From the sequence record DRR378314_462: a stretch of 64,000 nucleotides of DNA; one strand, given 5' to 3'. Position 1 is the first letter of the stretch. Each line of letters begins with the position of its first letter. Shown piece after piece: positions 50,333 to 60,693 of the stretch. Made by a program: the position numbers and the translations under genes. The notes beneath the pieces were generated by a model that did not search any database, had not been told where the DNA came from, and saw nothing but the letters and a program-made list of their open reading frames with translations.

Positions 50333-52261
50333 ATGGACAACAGAATGATACAGACGCCTCTATTGGATACAGTCAAAGAACCCAGCGATATGCGGGATTT
50401 CAACCTGCAGGAGCTGCTCCAGCTGGCTGATGAACTGCGGCAAGAAACCATTAATGCCGTCTCGGTCACCGGCGGACATCTTGGGGCGGGATTGGGCGTT
50501 GTTGAACTGACCGTTGCTATTCATCATGTCTTTAATACGCCTGAGGATCGGCTGGTCTGGGATGTGGGGCATCAATGCTATCCCCATAAAATCCTGACAG
50601 GGCGGCGGGACCGGATCCGGACCCTGCGTCAGGATGGTGGTCTTTCTGGCTTCACCAAACGCAGTGAAAGCGCCTATGATCCATTTGGCGCGGCGCATTC
50701 CTCCACATCCATATCCGCCGGACTGGGTATGGCTGTCGCCCGGGATCTGCTGGAAAAATCCAATAATGTTGTTTCGGTCATTGGCGATGGGGCCATGAGT
50801 GCGGGCATGGCTTATGAAGCCATGAACAACGCTGGTGCCATGGATAGCCGCCAGATTGTCATCCTGAATGACAACGACATGTCCATCGCCCCGCCTGTTG
50901 GCGCTATGAGCGCTTATTTATCGCGGCTTTTGTCTGGCCGATCTTATCAAAGCCTGCGGGAATTGATGAAGCAAATCGCCGCCAAACTGCCGGACCCGTT
51001 AGAGCGAACGGCCCGCCGGGCCGAAGAGTTTGCCCGCGGCATGATGACCGGTGGCACGTTGTTTGAGGAGATGGGATTCTATTATGTTGGCCCCATCGAT
51101 GGGCATAATCTGGAACATTTGATCCCGGTACTCAAAAATGCTCGCGATGCCCAGAACGGACCGATCCTGATCCATTGTGTCACACAAAAAGGCAAAGGGT
51201 ATGGGCCGGCCGAAGCTGCGGCAGATAAATATCATGGCGTTGCCAAATTTGATGTGGTCACAGGCGCTCAGTCCAAAGCCATTCCCAATGCCCCAAGCTA
51301 TACCAAGGTATTTGCCAACAGCCTGATCAAACAAGCTGAAAAGGACGACCGGATTGTCGCCATCACGGCAGCCATGCCGGATGGAACAGGATTGGATCAA
51401 TTTGCCAAAAGCTTCCCGGGGCGTTGCTTTGATGTCGGAATAGCAGAACAGCATGCCGTTACTTTTGCCGCAGGTATGGCAACCGAAGGCTTAAAACCGT
51501 TTGTGGCGATCTATTCCACTTTTCTGCAGCGGGCTTATGACCAGGTTGTCCACGACGTGGCGATCCAGAACCTGCCAGTGCGCTTTGCCATAGACCGGGC
51601 GGGTCTTGTGGGTGCGGATGGGGCAACCCATGCCGGGTCATTCGACACGACCTATCTGGCGACATTGCCCAATATGGTGGTTATGGCTGCGGCTGATGAG
51701 GCCGAGCTGACCCATATGGTGGCGACGGCGACGGCCTATGATGATGGACCAATTTCATTCCGCTATCCCCGGGGTGAAGGGGTTGGTGTGGAAATCCCTG
51801 AAAATCCGGAAATCCTTGAAATTGGAAAAGGCCGACTGATCAAACAAGGAAGCCAAATCGCGATCCTGTCTTTTGGCACCCGACTGGAAGAGGCCCGCAA
51901 AGCAGCAGATACATTGGATAGCAAAGGCCTGTCCACGACCATTGCCGATGCCCGTTTCTGCAAACCACTGGATGAAGAGCTGATCCGCGACCTTGCCAGC
52001 AGCCATGATGTTCTGATCACCATTGAGGAAGGCGCCATTGGTGGCTTTGGCAGTCACGTGATGCAATTTCTGTCTATGAACGGGTTGCTGGATGATGGGC
52101 TGAAGGTCCGCCCCCTGTGCATGGCGGATCAGTTTATTGATCAAGCCGGGATTGGAAAAATGTATGATATTTCCGGCCTGAATGCGGATCATATCATCGA
52201 GGTGGCATTGGCTGCCATTGATGGAAAATCGAAATCCAAATCCAGTATCTCAGCCCTTTAG
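50333..52261 (+). CDS. dxs: 1-deoxy-D-xylulose-5-phosphate synthase
   Basis: [45 protein letters not shown]. Confidence 0.97.
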   Translation: MDNRMIQTPLLDTVKEPSDMRDFNLQELLQLADELRQETINAVSVTGGHLGAGLGVVELTVAIHHVFNTPEDRLVWDVGHQCYPHKILTGRRDRIRTLRQDGGLSGFTKRSESAYDPFGAAHSSTSISAGLGMAVARDLLEKSNNVVSVIGDGAMSAGMAYEAMNNAGAMDSRQIVILNDNDMSIAPPVGAMSAYLSRLLSGRSYQSLRELMKQIAAKLPDPLERTARRAEEFARGMMTGGTLFEEMGFYYVGPIDGHNLEHLIPVLKNARDAQNGPILIHCVTQKGKGYGPAEAAADKYHGVAKFDVVTGAQSKAIPNAPSYTKVFANSLIKQAEKDDRIVAITAAMPDGTGLDQFAKSFPGRCFDVGIAEQHAVTFAAGMATEGLKPFVAIYSTFLQRAYDQVVHDVAIQNLPVRFAIDRAGLVGADGATHAGSFDTTYLATLPNMVVMAAADEAELTHMVATATAYDDGPISFRYPRGEGVGVEIPENPEILEIGKGRLIKQGSQIAILSFGTRLEEARKAADTLDSKGLSTTIADARFCKPLDEELIRDLASSHDVLITIEEGAIGGFGSHVMQFLSMNGLLDDGLKVRPLCMADQFIDQAGIGKMYDISGLNADHIIEVALAAIDGKSKSKSSISAL

Positions 52262-52268
52262 CCGACCG

Positions 52269-53009
52269 ATGCTTGCAAACCGTCTGGATCAGGAACTGGT
52301 GAGCCGCAAACTCGTTGCGAGCCGAGCCCGGGCGCAGCAACTGATCAAGGATGGAAAAATCCGAGTTGACGGAGAAATTGCGGCGAAACCCAGCATGAAG
52401 GTGTGGGCAAACAGCGCCCTTGCGATTGATGAAGACTATAAGGATTGGGTTAGCCGCGGCGCATTGAAGCTGCTGCACGGGCTTGCGGCTTTTGAGATCG
52501 ATCCAGCGGACCTAATAGCCGCCGATATCGGGGCGTCCACGGGTGGCTTTTGCGAGGTTCTTCTGGAACGCGGCGCCGCCCGGATTTACGGGGTGGATGT
52601 GGGCCATGGTCAACTTCATGAACGCCTTACGGATCATCCTCGCCTGATTAATCTGGAGGGGGTAAATGCCCGTTACCTAAGCCCTGAGCAAATTCCCGAG
52701 CCGCTCGACCTTGTTGTTTCCGATGTCAGCTTTATTTCTTTGAAAAAGGCATTGCCGGCAGCACTTTCCCTTTGCCGATCGGGTGCTTATCTTGTTGCCC
52801 TGATCAAACCTCAGTTTGAAGCTGGCGCTGCAAATATCGCCAAAGGTGGCATCGTCAAGGATACCAGCATTCGCAGCGCAATTCGAAACGACATGGAAAG
52901 CTGGATTGAAACGATGCCGGGCTGGATCCTGCTGGGGACGACTGAAAGCCCAATTACCGGATCCGACGGTAATCACGAATACCTGCTGGGAGCTCGTTAT
53001 GAAGGTTGA
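52269..53009 (+). CDS. tlyA: TlyA family rRNA 2'-O-methyltransferase
   Basis: RLDQELV, VSRGALKL, DIGASTGGF, DVSFISL, IKPQFE, SPITG..GNHEY. Confidence 0.95.
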   Translation: MLANRLDQELVSRKLVASRARAQQLIKDGKIRVDGEIAAKPSMKVWANSALAIDEDYKDWVSRGALKLLHGLAAFEIDPADLIAADIGASTGGFCEVLLERGAARIYGVDVGHGQLHERLTDHPRLINLEGVNARYLSPEQIPEPLDLVVSDVSFISLKKALPAALSLCRSGAYLVALIKPQFEAGAANIAKGGIVKDTSIRSAIRNDMESWIETMPGWILLGTTESPITGSDGNHEYLLGARYEG

Positions 53010-54264
53010 ACTGACAATTGATAAATTGGGAGCCGCAGGTGACGGTCTTGCCACTTATGAGGGCCATACCGTTTATATCCCCTTCACCCTGCCGGGCGAG
53101 GTAGTGGAAGTGGCGCTCACTCCATTAAAAGGGAAGGGTTTTGAGGCCGAGCTTCTAAACATAGTGAAACCCGCCGCCGACCGCATCTCCCCAGCCTGTC
53201 GGCATTTTGGAACTTGCGGAGGTTGCAATCTGCAACATGTAAGTGATGAGCGTCTTGCAAAATGGAAAGCAGAGGTCATCCAAAATGCACTTGCCCATCA
53301 GGGGATTACGGATGTCACGTTCAAACCAACTCTGACAAGCCCTCAACGCTCACGGCGGCGTGTTGATCTGATTGCCTCCAAGCGAAAGAAAGGGGCGATG
53401 ATTGGCTATCATGTCAAGAAATCCCATCAAATTTTTGATGTGGGTGACTGCCCCCTCATCACACCGGCCCTAATGGCATTGGTCAAACCCCTCAGATCCT
53501 TGATGAGCGCGTTAATGCCGCGCAATAGCAAGGCTCGTCTCAGTTTGACCGAAACCGCAACCGGGGTCGACCTGTTGATCAGCGGCAGCGTAGATATGAC
53601 CCTGGAAACCCGGGAGGCGTTGGCTGAATTTGCCAATGACCAGAAGTTGGCCCGCATTTCGTATCATGATACCGATGCCCAGATCCAAGAGACAATTTCC
53701 GAAATTAGACCTCCGGAAATCATGATTGCCAAAAAACGGGTTCCGGTCGCTCCGCGCGGGTTCCTGCAAGCCACACTGGATGGTGAACAAAGCCTGATCG
53801 ACCATATTCGTGGGCATATCGGTGATAATCAGGTGATTGCCGACTTATTTTCCGGATGCGGGACTTTCTCCATCCCTTTTGCCCCGCTTGCAAAATCCAT
53901 AATGGCTTCTGAAAGTGAACCCGGGCTTGTTGAGGCGCTGACGGCGGCAACCAACAAGCACATGCTGTCGATTACGCCCGTTGAACGTGATCTGTTTCGC
54001 CAGCCTTTGATGCCCGAAGAGCTAAAACCGTTTGACGTGGTGATTATTGACCCCCCGAGGGCCGGAGCAGCGGCGCAAGTGCTAGAATTGGCAAACAGTA
54101 ATGTTCAAAAGATTGTTTTCATCTCCTGCAATCCGATGAGTTTCGCCCGTGATGCCCGAACGCTTCTGGATGGGGGATATCAGATGGGGGAAATTACCCC
54201 TGTGGATCAGTTCAGATGGTCAAGCCATGTTGAACTGGCAACGGTTTTTACAAAACCTGGCTAA
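52999..54264 (+). CDS. TrmA/RlmD family RNA (uracil-5)-methyltransferase
   Basis: TRAM domain, CRHFGTCGGC, FLQAT, DLFSGCG, DPPRAG, ISCNP, HVE. Confidence 0.92.
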   Translation: MKVELTIDKLGAAGDGLATYEGHTVYIPFTLPGEVVEVALTPLKGKGFEAELLNIVKPAADRISPACRHFGTCGGCNLQHVSDERLAKWKAEVIQNALAHQGITDVTFKPTLTSPQRSRRRVDLIASKRKKGAMIGYHVKKSHQIFDVGDCPLITPALMALVKPLRSLMSALMPRNSKARLSLTETATGVDLLISGSVDMTLETREALAEFANDQKLARISYHDTDAQIQETISEIRPPEIMIAKKRVPVAPRGFLQATLDGEQSLIDHIRGHIGDNQVIADLFSGCGTFSIPFAPLAKSIMASESEPGLVEALTAATNKHMLSITPVERDLFRQPLMPEELKPFDVVIIDPPRAGAAAQVLELANSNVQKIVFISCNPMSFARDARTLLDGGYQMGEITPVDQFRWSSHVELATVFTKPG

Positions 54265-54266
54265 GA

Positions 54267-55517
54267 TCAGAAGGCATTTCGAAGCGAAAACGGAGTAATC
54301 GGGTCCAATTGCAAAACCCCAATAACGGGACCGCTGACATAATCAATCCCTGCCATAAAAGCCCGGCGCGCCAGATCGTCATCGCCCACACCGCGCCAAC
54401 AGCTTCGAACCCCGTTGCCTTTTGCCCGGGATATCAGGTCTTCAATCCAACGCAGATCGTGCTCCGATTGACCGGTAACGGAAAGCCCATAAATGGGAAG
54501 ATCGGAAATCACGTGAAAATCATCCCACCGCTCCCCAACCTGAAGGGTAAAACCCAACACAAGTGGGTTCAGGGTTGTCAGGATTTGTCGCAGCCGACTA
54601 TTCAACATGCCGGAGGGTACATTTTCGATATTGATGATGAGATAGCGCTGCGTAAATTTCGGCAATTTCTTTAATATATCTGCATATCTCATGCGACGAT
54701 AGGCATGCGCCAACGTTTCATAATCCACAGATACCATTACCAGCGGTTTCTTGGGCATAACAGCAAACCGGTTAAATGCTTCATCCGTATCCCGGAGGAT
54801 TTTGAAATCCAATTCCGCCCGTAGATCTGCAGTTCCATCGACAAGTGGATCGTTTGTGGAGAGCGGAACCCATTTACGCTCTATCAGGCGACAAGGGATC
54901 GCCTCCATCACAGACATCAGCTTTTTCACATGATTGACCATCGGACGGTAGCAGATCGAAATTTCATCCTCGACGTCTTTGAATTCCTGTTCAATGACTT
55001 CACGGTCTTCGTTGCTGTAACCCTGAATATATTCAACAAGTTCGTCAAAATTATTCAGTTCACCAATGAACTGGTTCAGCCCCATATCGAGCTGCATTGT
55101 CTTGATGGAGATTTTTTCAATTTCCGGCAATTCACCGAACAACAGACTGAGCAGTTCATCCGCCAATTTAGAAGCTTTCTGACTTCCCTCTTCTGCTGAA
55201 GTATTGGCAAAAATCAAGGCGTAATTACCCGTCCCCAAACGCAGGAAAAGGTCGCCCTTGGACAGCTTTTTCGTGAAAAACGCTTCGACCGCCACATCCA
55301 GACGCTTTTCCAGCGTTTCCCAGCGATCCTCAAACTTTTCACGAACCTCATCCAAACCCAGTATTTGCATGCTACTTGTCTGCAGGGTTTTGATCGCTTC
55401 TTCCTTGTTTTTTCCAAATCGGGATAGAAAATGCGACAATTCACCAATCTCATGATGTTGAACAACATCAGATTGTTTCTTTTTTGCAGTTTCTAAGCTT
55501 ATTGTTGCGCTATCCAT
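54267..55517 (-). CDS. Degenerate GGDEF-EAL tandem-domain protein
   Basis: KGDLFLRLGTGNYALIF (GGDEF position degenerate); YRPMV..MEAIPCR and GIDYVSGP (EAL-like). Confidence 0.65.
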   Translation of the reverse strand: MDSATISLETAKKKQSDVVQHHEIGELSHFLSRFGKNKEEAIKTLQTSSMQILGLDEVREKFEDRWETLEKRLDVAVEAFFTKKLSKGDLFLRLGTGNYALIFANTSAEEGSQKASKLADELLSLLFGELPEIEKISIKTMQLDMGLNQFIGELNNFDELVEYIQGYSNEDREVIEQEFKDVEDEISICYRPMVNHVKKLMSVMEAIPCRLIERKWVPLSTNDPLVDGTADLRAELDFKILRDTDEAFNRFAVMPKKPLVMVSVDYETLAHAYRRMRYADILKKLPKFTQRYLIINIENVPSGMLNSRLRQILTTLNPLVLGFTLQVGERWDDFHVISDLPIYGLSVTGQSEHDLRWIEDLISRAKGNGVRSCWRGVGDDDLARRAFMAGIDYVSGPVIGVLQLDPITPFSLRNAF

Positions 55518-55802
55518 AAATGAGCTCTAACAGCCTTAATAAAAAACAAGTGAATATTTCACGTAATTGGCTGAAATCTTGTCATTATTCAGTGTAGAAA
55601 TGGTTAATTTAACGGCGAAGTTTTTATCAATCACCGAATTTCGACCCATAAAAAACTGCGTTTCGACTCAATTTTCCAAAAATTATGAGGGGTCATAAAC
55701 CCCCTGTTAAGAGGACGGTGTCATAGTCAAACTTCAAAAACCCTAATGAAACAGGGGGTTTTGAAATGGGATGTCTGTTAATCGATTGCAAGAGAACAGA
55801 AA

Positions 55803-56186
55803 ATGGGTCTGATCGTTGAATTTGACACAGCTGGTCGGCAGCCCTGCCAACCACGACTGCAGTTCAATCTTTTAATTCAGCGTCTGAATACAGACGAAAT
55901 TTGTGAATTGAAGGAAATATTTGAGGATCTGCACAACCGGCAGATCTGGACGGGTTATGCCATTCTGGATCAACTACCAAATTCGCTCGGCTCCCGCGTC
56001 CTAGCCTCCCAATCCACGCTGCAAATGGGCGCTGTCCTCTTCTGCAAGGGGATAAGGGATCAGTATTTTTTACTGAAAGACGAAAAAGCCTGGTTCCATA
56101 TCCTGACCCCGACCGCCACTATTCTGGGCAGCGAGAAACGAATAACCAGTGTCATGCAAAAATTTATTACCAGTCAACACCATTGA
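55803..56186 (+). CDS. Hypothetical protein (127 aa)
   Basis: ORF fills the gap before tusA; purine-rich upstream; no family recognised. Confidence 0.5.
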   Translation: MGLIVEFDTAGRQPCQPRLQFNLLIQRLNTDEICELKEIFEDLHNRQIWTGYAILDQLPNSLGSRVLASQSTLQMGAVLFCKGIRDQYFLLKDEKAWFHILTPTATILGSEKRITSVMQKFITSQHH

Positions 56187-56251
56187 TTGTGGGATTGCCG
56201 TTCCGCGCCTGTTGAGTATATTGAGGCACATATCCCGTTTCAGGAAGAACC

Positions 56252-56485
56252 ATGGCAAATCACACACTTGATGCAACAGGGCTGAGCTGTCCTCTGCCCG
56301 TGCTGAAAACAAAAAAAATAGTCAAGTCACTCGCGGCGGGTGACCGCCTGACCGTGCTGGCGACTGACCCGGCATCCTACATCGATTTTGACCATTACTG
56401 TCATATATCCGGCAACCCCCTGATTTCCCATCAACAGGATGGCGACACTTTCATTTACGAAATCGAAATCGGGGTTAAGAGTTAG
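56252..56485 (+). CDS. tusA: TusA/SirA family sulfur carrier protein
   Basis: LDATGLSCPLPVLK, VLATDP. Confidence 0.9.
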   Translation: MANHTLDATGLSCPLPVLKTKKIVKSLAAGDRLTVLATDPASYIDFDHYCHISGNPLISHQQDGDTFIYEIEIGVKS

Positions 56486-57687
56486 GTACTCTCCCCCTCG
56501 CTTGCGATATGATCGCCCATCACAACATTTGCATCATGCTTGTCTTTAGGGGGAACAAAGGGTTCTGGCTCATCAGCACCGGTCCCGGCATAAACTGTCA
56601 GTGATGGGAAGGCAAACCCACTGCCCGCATTTTCGACAATGGATTTAATAGCATAGGCAAAGTCCTGCTTGATCGTCAGCCATTCGCCCCAGGCGGTTGT
56701 CTTGGTGAAGCAGTATATCATGATATCGATACTGCTGTCGTTGAAACTGTCAGTGACCACAAAGAGGGTTGCTTCAGGGGGTTGGGCAAAGTCTTCGTTA
56801 TCGGTCAGATAGTCGCGGATATTATCGGTTATTTCCTGAAGCTGGGAGACCGTTGTCGAATATTCCACGCCGATTTTCCAGTAAATCCGCCGATAGGTCA
56901 TTTCAGAGAAATTAGTGACCGCTTTATCCGCGAAAACAGCATTTGGAACAATTGTTGGCGCCTTGTCGAACCGCCGGATCATGGTGGAGCGAAATCCGAT
57001 ATTTTCGACCGTTCCCTCAACAATTCCACTGACCAGCACCCAATCTCCAGCCTTGAAGCGCTTTTCAGCCAAGATCAAAAACCCACTGATCAGATTTTTG
57101 AACAGATCCTGCGCGCCAAGTGCCACGGCCACGCCGACAAGGCCAAAACCAGCGATAATCGGACCGACTTCGATCCCCCATAGTTCCAAGACAGTGGCAA
57201 CGCCAAGGCCAATGACCAGCCCCTTGAACACCTTAACAATGAAATAAACCATTTCAGACGAGAATATCTCTTCCAACTTTCCAAGCAGAAAAGACAGGGG
57301 GTCGACCAAACAAAACAGAACCCAAAAGAGGTTCAGCACGACAAGTGAACGGATCAAATTATCGGAGACATCAACAAATCGCGGCAAGCTGGAAATACCA
57401 CTGATTTCCATGGCAGCATATATGCCGACGACAACCGGGATGAACCGGATCGGTCCTTCCAGGGCATCAATCAGTTTATCATCCAAAGTATTATGGGTTC
57501 GGCTGGCAACCCCGATGAGACGGTTCAGCACGAAACGGGTAAATACGCCCCGCAAAGCCAAAGCCACGAGCAATACCCCCATGGCATAGGCGATCGAATC
57601 TATTCCCAGGCCCCAAATATTCTGGGACCAGCTTTCCTGAACAATTGCCCAGAATTTAGCAAGGCTTTCCAAAAATTTACCGTCCAT
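56482..57687 (-). CDS. Small-conductance mechanosensitive channel (MscS family)
   Basis: AVALGAQDLFKNLISG, GTVENIGFRST, VPN, FAFPS. Confidence 0.93.
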   Translation of the reverse strand: MDGKFLESLAKFWAIVQESWSQNIWGLGIDSIAYAMGVLLVALALRGVFTRFVLNRLIGVASRTHNTLDDKLIDALEGPIRFIPVVVGIYAAMEISGISSLPRFVDVSDNLIRSLVVLNLFWVLFCLVDPLSFLLGKLEEIFSSEMVYFIVKVFKGLVIGLGVATVLELWGIEVGPIIAGFGLVGVAVALGAQDLFKNLISGFLILAEKRFKAGDWVLVSGIVEGTVENIGFRSTMIRRFDKAPTIVPNAVFADKAVTNFSEMTYRRIYWKIGVEYSTTVSQLQEITDNIRDYLTDNEDFAQPPEATLFVVTDSFNDSSIDIMIYCFTKTTAWGEWLTIKQDFAYAIKSIVENAGSGFAFPSLTVYAGTGADEPEPFVPPKDKHDANVVMGDHIASEGEST

Positions 57688-57720
57688 TTTAACCGTTTCC
57701 TCTATCGTCGACCAAGGCTT

Positions 57721-58770
57721 TTAAGCTGAGTTCCTGACGATTTCAAGAAAGTGATCAACATCCTCTTCCGTAGTATCCCAGGAAGTCACCAACCGAACGC
57801 GTGGCTCCTCCTCTGACCCCATAACATAAAAGAGTATATTTTCTGATTTTAACGCCTGAAGTGTTGCTTCGGGCAATCTGGCAAAGATCATATTGGCTTC
57901 CACCGGATATATCAAAGCACAGCCTTCCTGCTCTGCCAGGCCAAAAGCCAGTCGCTTTGCCATACCATTGGCTGACTGGGCCAGTTTCAACCATAGATCA
58001 TCTTCGACATAACGGTCCAGTTGTGCCGACAGATACCGCGATTTGGAAAACAGATGCGCCCCGCGTTTTCTTCGAAATTCAAACTCTTGCGCTTTTTCCA
58101 TATCAAAAAAGAGGACGGCTTCAACAGCCATAGCGCCGTTCTTGGTTCCGCCAAAAGACAGGACATCAATCCCCGCTTTCCAGGTGATATCCGCCGGGGC
58201 GATGTCCAGTGCTTCGACCGCGTTGGCAAAGCGCGCCCCATCCATATGGGTTTTCAGATCGAACGATCTGGCAACCTCACTTAGCGCCGCGATTTCGGAG
58301 GGTGTGTAGATTGTTCCGCATTCAGTCACCTGGGTCAGGCTTAAAGCTGCAGGCTGAACATGATGAACTATGCCTGCCCCGGCCTGATCAAGACGACTTC
58401 TCAGAAGATCAGGGGAAAGCTTACCATTTTCCCCGGGTAGTAAACACAGTTTTGCTCCGGAGGTATAAAATTCAGGCGATCCACATTCATCATTTTGAAT
58501 ATGAGATTCAACATGGCAGTAAATAGATCCATACGGCGGTGTAAGGACGCTTAACGACAAAGCATTTGCAGCTGTTCCCGTTGCCACAGGATAAGCTTTC
58601 AAGTCACATTCAAACAGTTCTTTAAACTTCTCTTCCATCCGGCGGGTCGTGTCGTCATTCCCATAGCCCATAGCAGGACCTGAATTTTCCTGACTTAACG
58701 CATCCATGATTTCCGGGGCTACAGGTGCCGCATTATCGCTAGCAAAATTTATGGTGCGATCATTTGTCAT
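57721..58770 (-). CDS. ltaE: Low-specificity L-threonine aldolase
   Basis: FASDN, TGTAAN, DECG, HMDGARFANA, SFGGTKNG. Confidence 0.92.
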   Translation of the reverse strand: MTNDRTINFASDNAAPVAPEIMDALSQENSGPAMGYGNDDTTRRMEEKFKELFECDLKAYPVATGTAANALSLSVLTPPYGSIYCHVESHIQNDECGSPEFYTSGAKLCLLPGENGKLSPDLLRSRLDQAGAGIVHHVQPAALSLTQVTECGTIYTPSEIAALSEVARSFDLKTHMDGARFANAVEALDIAPADITWKAGIDVLSFGGTKNGAMAVEAVLFFDMEKAQEFEFRRKRGAHLFSKSRYLSAQLDRYVEDDLWLKLAQSANGMAKRLAFGLAEQEGCALIYPVEANMIFARLPEATLQALKSENILFYVMGSEEEPRVRLVTSWDTTEEDVDHFLEIVRNSA

Positions 58771-59203
58771 TCTGTTTTTCTCCCTCGATGAGAAGTGTCA
58801 CCGGCTGAAAGCCTTCAGGATCGGCGGGCATAAAACCATTGAGCCTAAACTGCCCCGCTTCCGTGACAGAAGCAATAAGCCAGATCAGGTCACGTTCGAC
58901 CACCATTGCCACATCCGTCGCAGAAGGCTGGGCCAATCCATCCGGATGGCTATGAAAAACGCCGGCAATCCGTAAAGCTGTGCCACGGCATTCTTTCTCA
59001 AGCCGGATCCGCACAGCAGGATCAACTTCAAAAAATCGCTTTTTATGGGTGGCCAGATTTGGCGCTGTGACAACTTGCGTGATTTCCAACACATTCTGAG
59101 AAGCTGACGGGCCGACCAACAAACTACAGGCTTCCTCAGGATAGCAGGCCGCACTGTGGCTTTTCAAAAGATCAAAATCCGCCTGTGTCAGGTTGACATG
59201 CAT
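58760..59203 (-). CDS. JAB/MPN (M67 family) metallopeptidase
   Basis: YPEEAC, FHSHPDG..PSATD (JAMM motif); likely start ATG 59203. Confidence 0.88.
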   Translation of the reverse strand: MHVNLTQADFDLLKSHSAACYPEEACSLLVGPSASQNVLEITQVVTAPNLATHKKRFFEVDPAVRIRLEKECRGTALRIAGVFHSHPDGLAQPSATDVAMVVERDLIWLIASVTEAGQFRLNGFMPADPEGFQPVTLLIEGEKQNDK

Positions 59204-59207
59204 CTGA

Positions 59208-59561
59208 CTAGTCAAACGTAAACTGGCCAAGAACCGTTCCGTTGGAAACGTCCAGAATATAAAGCCCCGAAATATTCTCAGCGCTTTTCCCGTAAGTGAC
59301 AACGATCCGCCCGGCATTGATTTGGGCACCAAGAACAACGGCTCCTTCAGGCAGGGACAAATTCTGGAGGCCGAACGGCACGCCCGGCGATGCGATCGGG
59401 GCTTGAGGTGCGACCGTTTCAGGGGTTATTTCCGGGGTTGCTTTCGTCGCCCTTTTGTACAGAATGACGCCAATGGCAGAAGCAACCGCGACAATGAAAA
59501 TGCCGAGGATTATTACAACCCATTTCAAAAAGGTGGTGTTTGGAATCTCTTCTTCTGTCAT
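59208..59561 (-). CDS. Small membrane-anchored hypothetical protein (DUF6476-like)
   Basis: LKWVVIILG TM, LSLPEGA; a similar gene commonly lies divergent from rluD in alphaproteobacteria. Confidence 0.75.
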   Translation of the reverse strand: MTEEEIPNTTFLKWVVIILGIFIVAVASAIGVILYKRATKATPEITPETVAPQAPIASPGVPFGLQNLSLPEGAVVLGAQINAGRIVVTYGKSAENISGLYILDVSNGTVLGQFTFD

Positions 59562-59598
59562 AACGCCTATACCCGCTTAACATTTCGGTTTGTTTCAT

Positions 59599-60570
59599 AT
59601 GCCATCACCTGAAGGTACACATCAAGTTGAAGTTTCAGAAAACGACGCTGGTGAGCGTCTGGACCGCTTCCTGTCAGAAAGAGTGGCGGACTTATCCCGT
59701 AACCGGATAAAGCCGCTCATCAAAGAAGGGCAAGTCTGTCTGAACGGGGATGTGGTGACCGATCCCTCCCGCCGGGTTAAATCCGGCGAAATATGGCAAA
59801 TCACGGTTCCCCCGGCGGTTGATCCAGATCCCGAGCCAGAGAATATTCCCCTCGATATCGTGTTTGAGGATGAACATCTGATTGTTGTCAATAAACCGGC
59901 AGACATGGTTGTCCACCCCGCAGCCGGTAACTGGAGCAAAACACTTGTCAACGCCCTCCTCTTTCATTGTGGCGACAGCCTTTCTGGCATTGGTGGAGTT
60001 AAGCGACCGGGAATAGTGCACCGGATTGACAAGGAAACAAGCGGCTTGATGGTCGCCGCAAAAACTGATACGGCACATCAGGGGCTGGCCGCCCTTTTCG
60101 AAGCCCATACCATTGAACGGTCCTATAAAGCAATTGTCTGGGGCCGCCTGTATCCCAATAGCGGCACGATTGAGGGTAACATTGGCCGTGACCCCCATAA
60201 CCGCAAACGCATGACGGTCGTCAGCGGCGGTGGAAAACCGGCAGTTACCCACTATAAGGTCGAGGAAAATTTTGACGATATTGCATCATTGGTAACCTGC
60301 AACCTGGAAACCGGCAGAACTCATCAAATCCGGGTTCATATGACTAATCTGGGACATCCGTTAGTTGGTGATCCGGTTTATAGCCGATCAAAACCCAGCC
60401 GAACGCAGCGCCTGTCAGAGGACCGACGCAACGTCATCCGCCAATTCACGAGGCAAGCTTTGCATGCACAAACACTCGGCTTTGTGCATCCCATCACACT
60501 CGAAACCTTGAAATTCGAGGCGAATTTCCCAAGTGATATTGTGAAATTGCTTGTTGCATTTCGGGGGTAA
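59599..60570 (+). CDS. rluD: 23S rRNA pseudouridine synthase RluD (RluA family)
   Basis: S4 domain, RPGIVHRIDKETSG, LETGRTHQIRVH, RQALHA; upstream of rpoH. Confidence 0.95.
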   Translation: MPSPEGTHQVEVSENDAGERLDRFLSERVADLSRNRIKPLIKEGQVCLNGDVVTDPSRRVKSGEIWQITVPPAVDPDPEPENIPLDIVFEDEHLIVVNKPADMVVHPAAGNWSKTLVNALLFHCGDSLSGIGGVKRPGIVHRIDKETSGLMVAAKTDTAHQGLAALFEAHTIERSYKAIVWGRLYPNSGTIEGNIGRDPHNRKRMTVVSGGGKPAVTHYKVEENFDDIASLVTCNLETGRTHQIRVHMTNLGHPLVGDPVYSRSKPSRTQRLSEDRRNVIRQFTRQALHAQTLGFVHPITLETLKFEANFPSDIVKLLVAFRG

Positions 60571-60693
60571 ACTGCGCGTTCACAAAATTGCCCTGATTAT
60601 CGTTAACAATGCAAAGATCAGGAACCAAAGGCAACCTGGCTTATAAAAGCAGGAGCCCGATTAGGTTTGCTGAATAAAGGAGAGGGTTAAAAA

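Noticed and set aside
52182-52998. Long overlaps dxs/tlyA and tlyA/RNA methyltransferase (also JAB/DUF6476 at 59204-59338)
   Set aside because: Artefacts of longest-ORF start picking; downstream ATGs give family-typical N-termini.
56252-59203. TusA and JAB peptidase as a ubiquitin-like/sulfur-relay or CBASS-type system
   Set aside because: Opposite strands, separated by mscS and ltaE; no E1/ThiF, no GG-ending carrier and no nucleotidyltransferase. The JAB gene sits in a housekeeping rluD-rpoH context.
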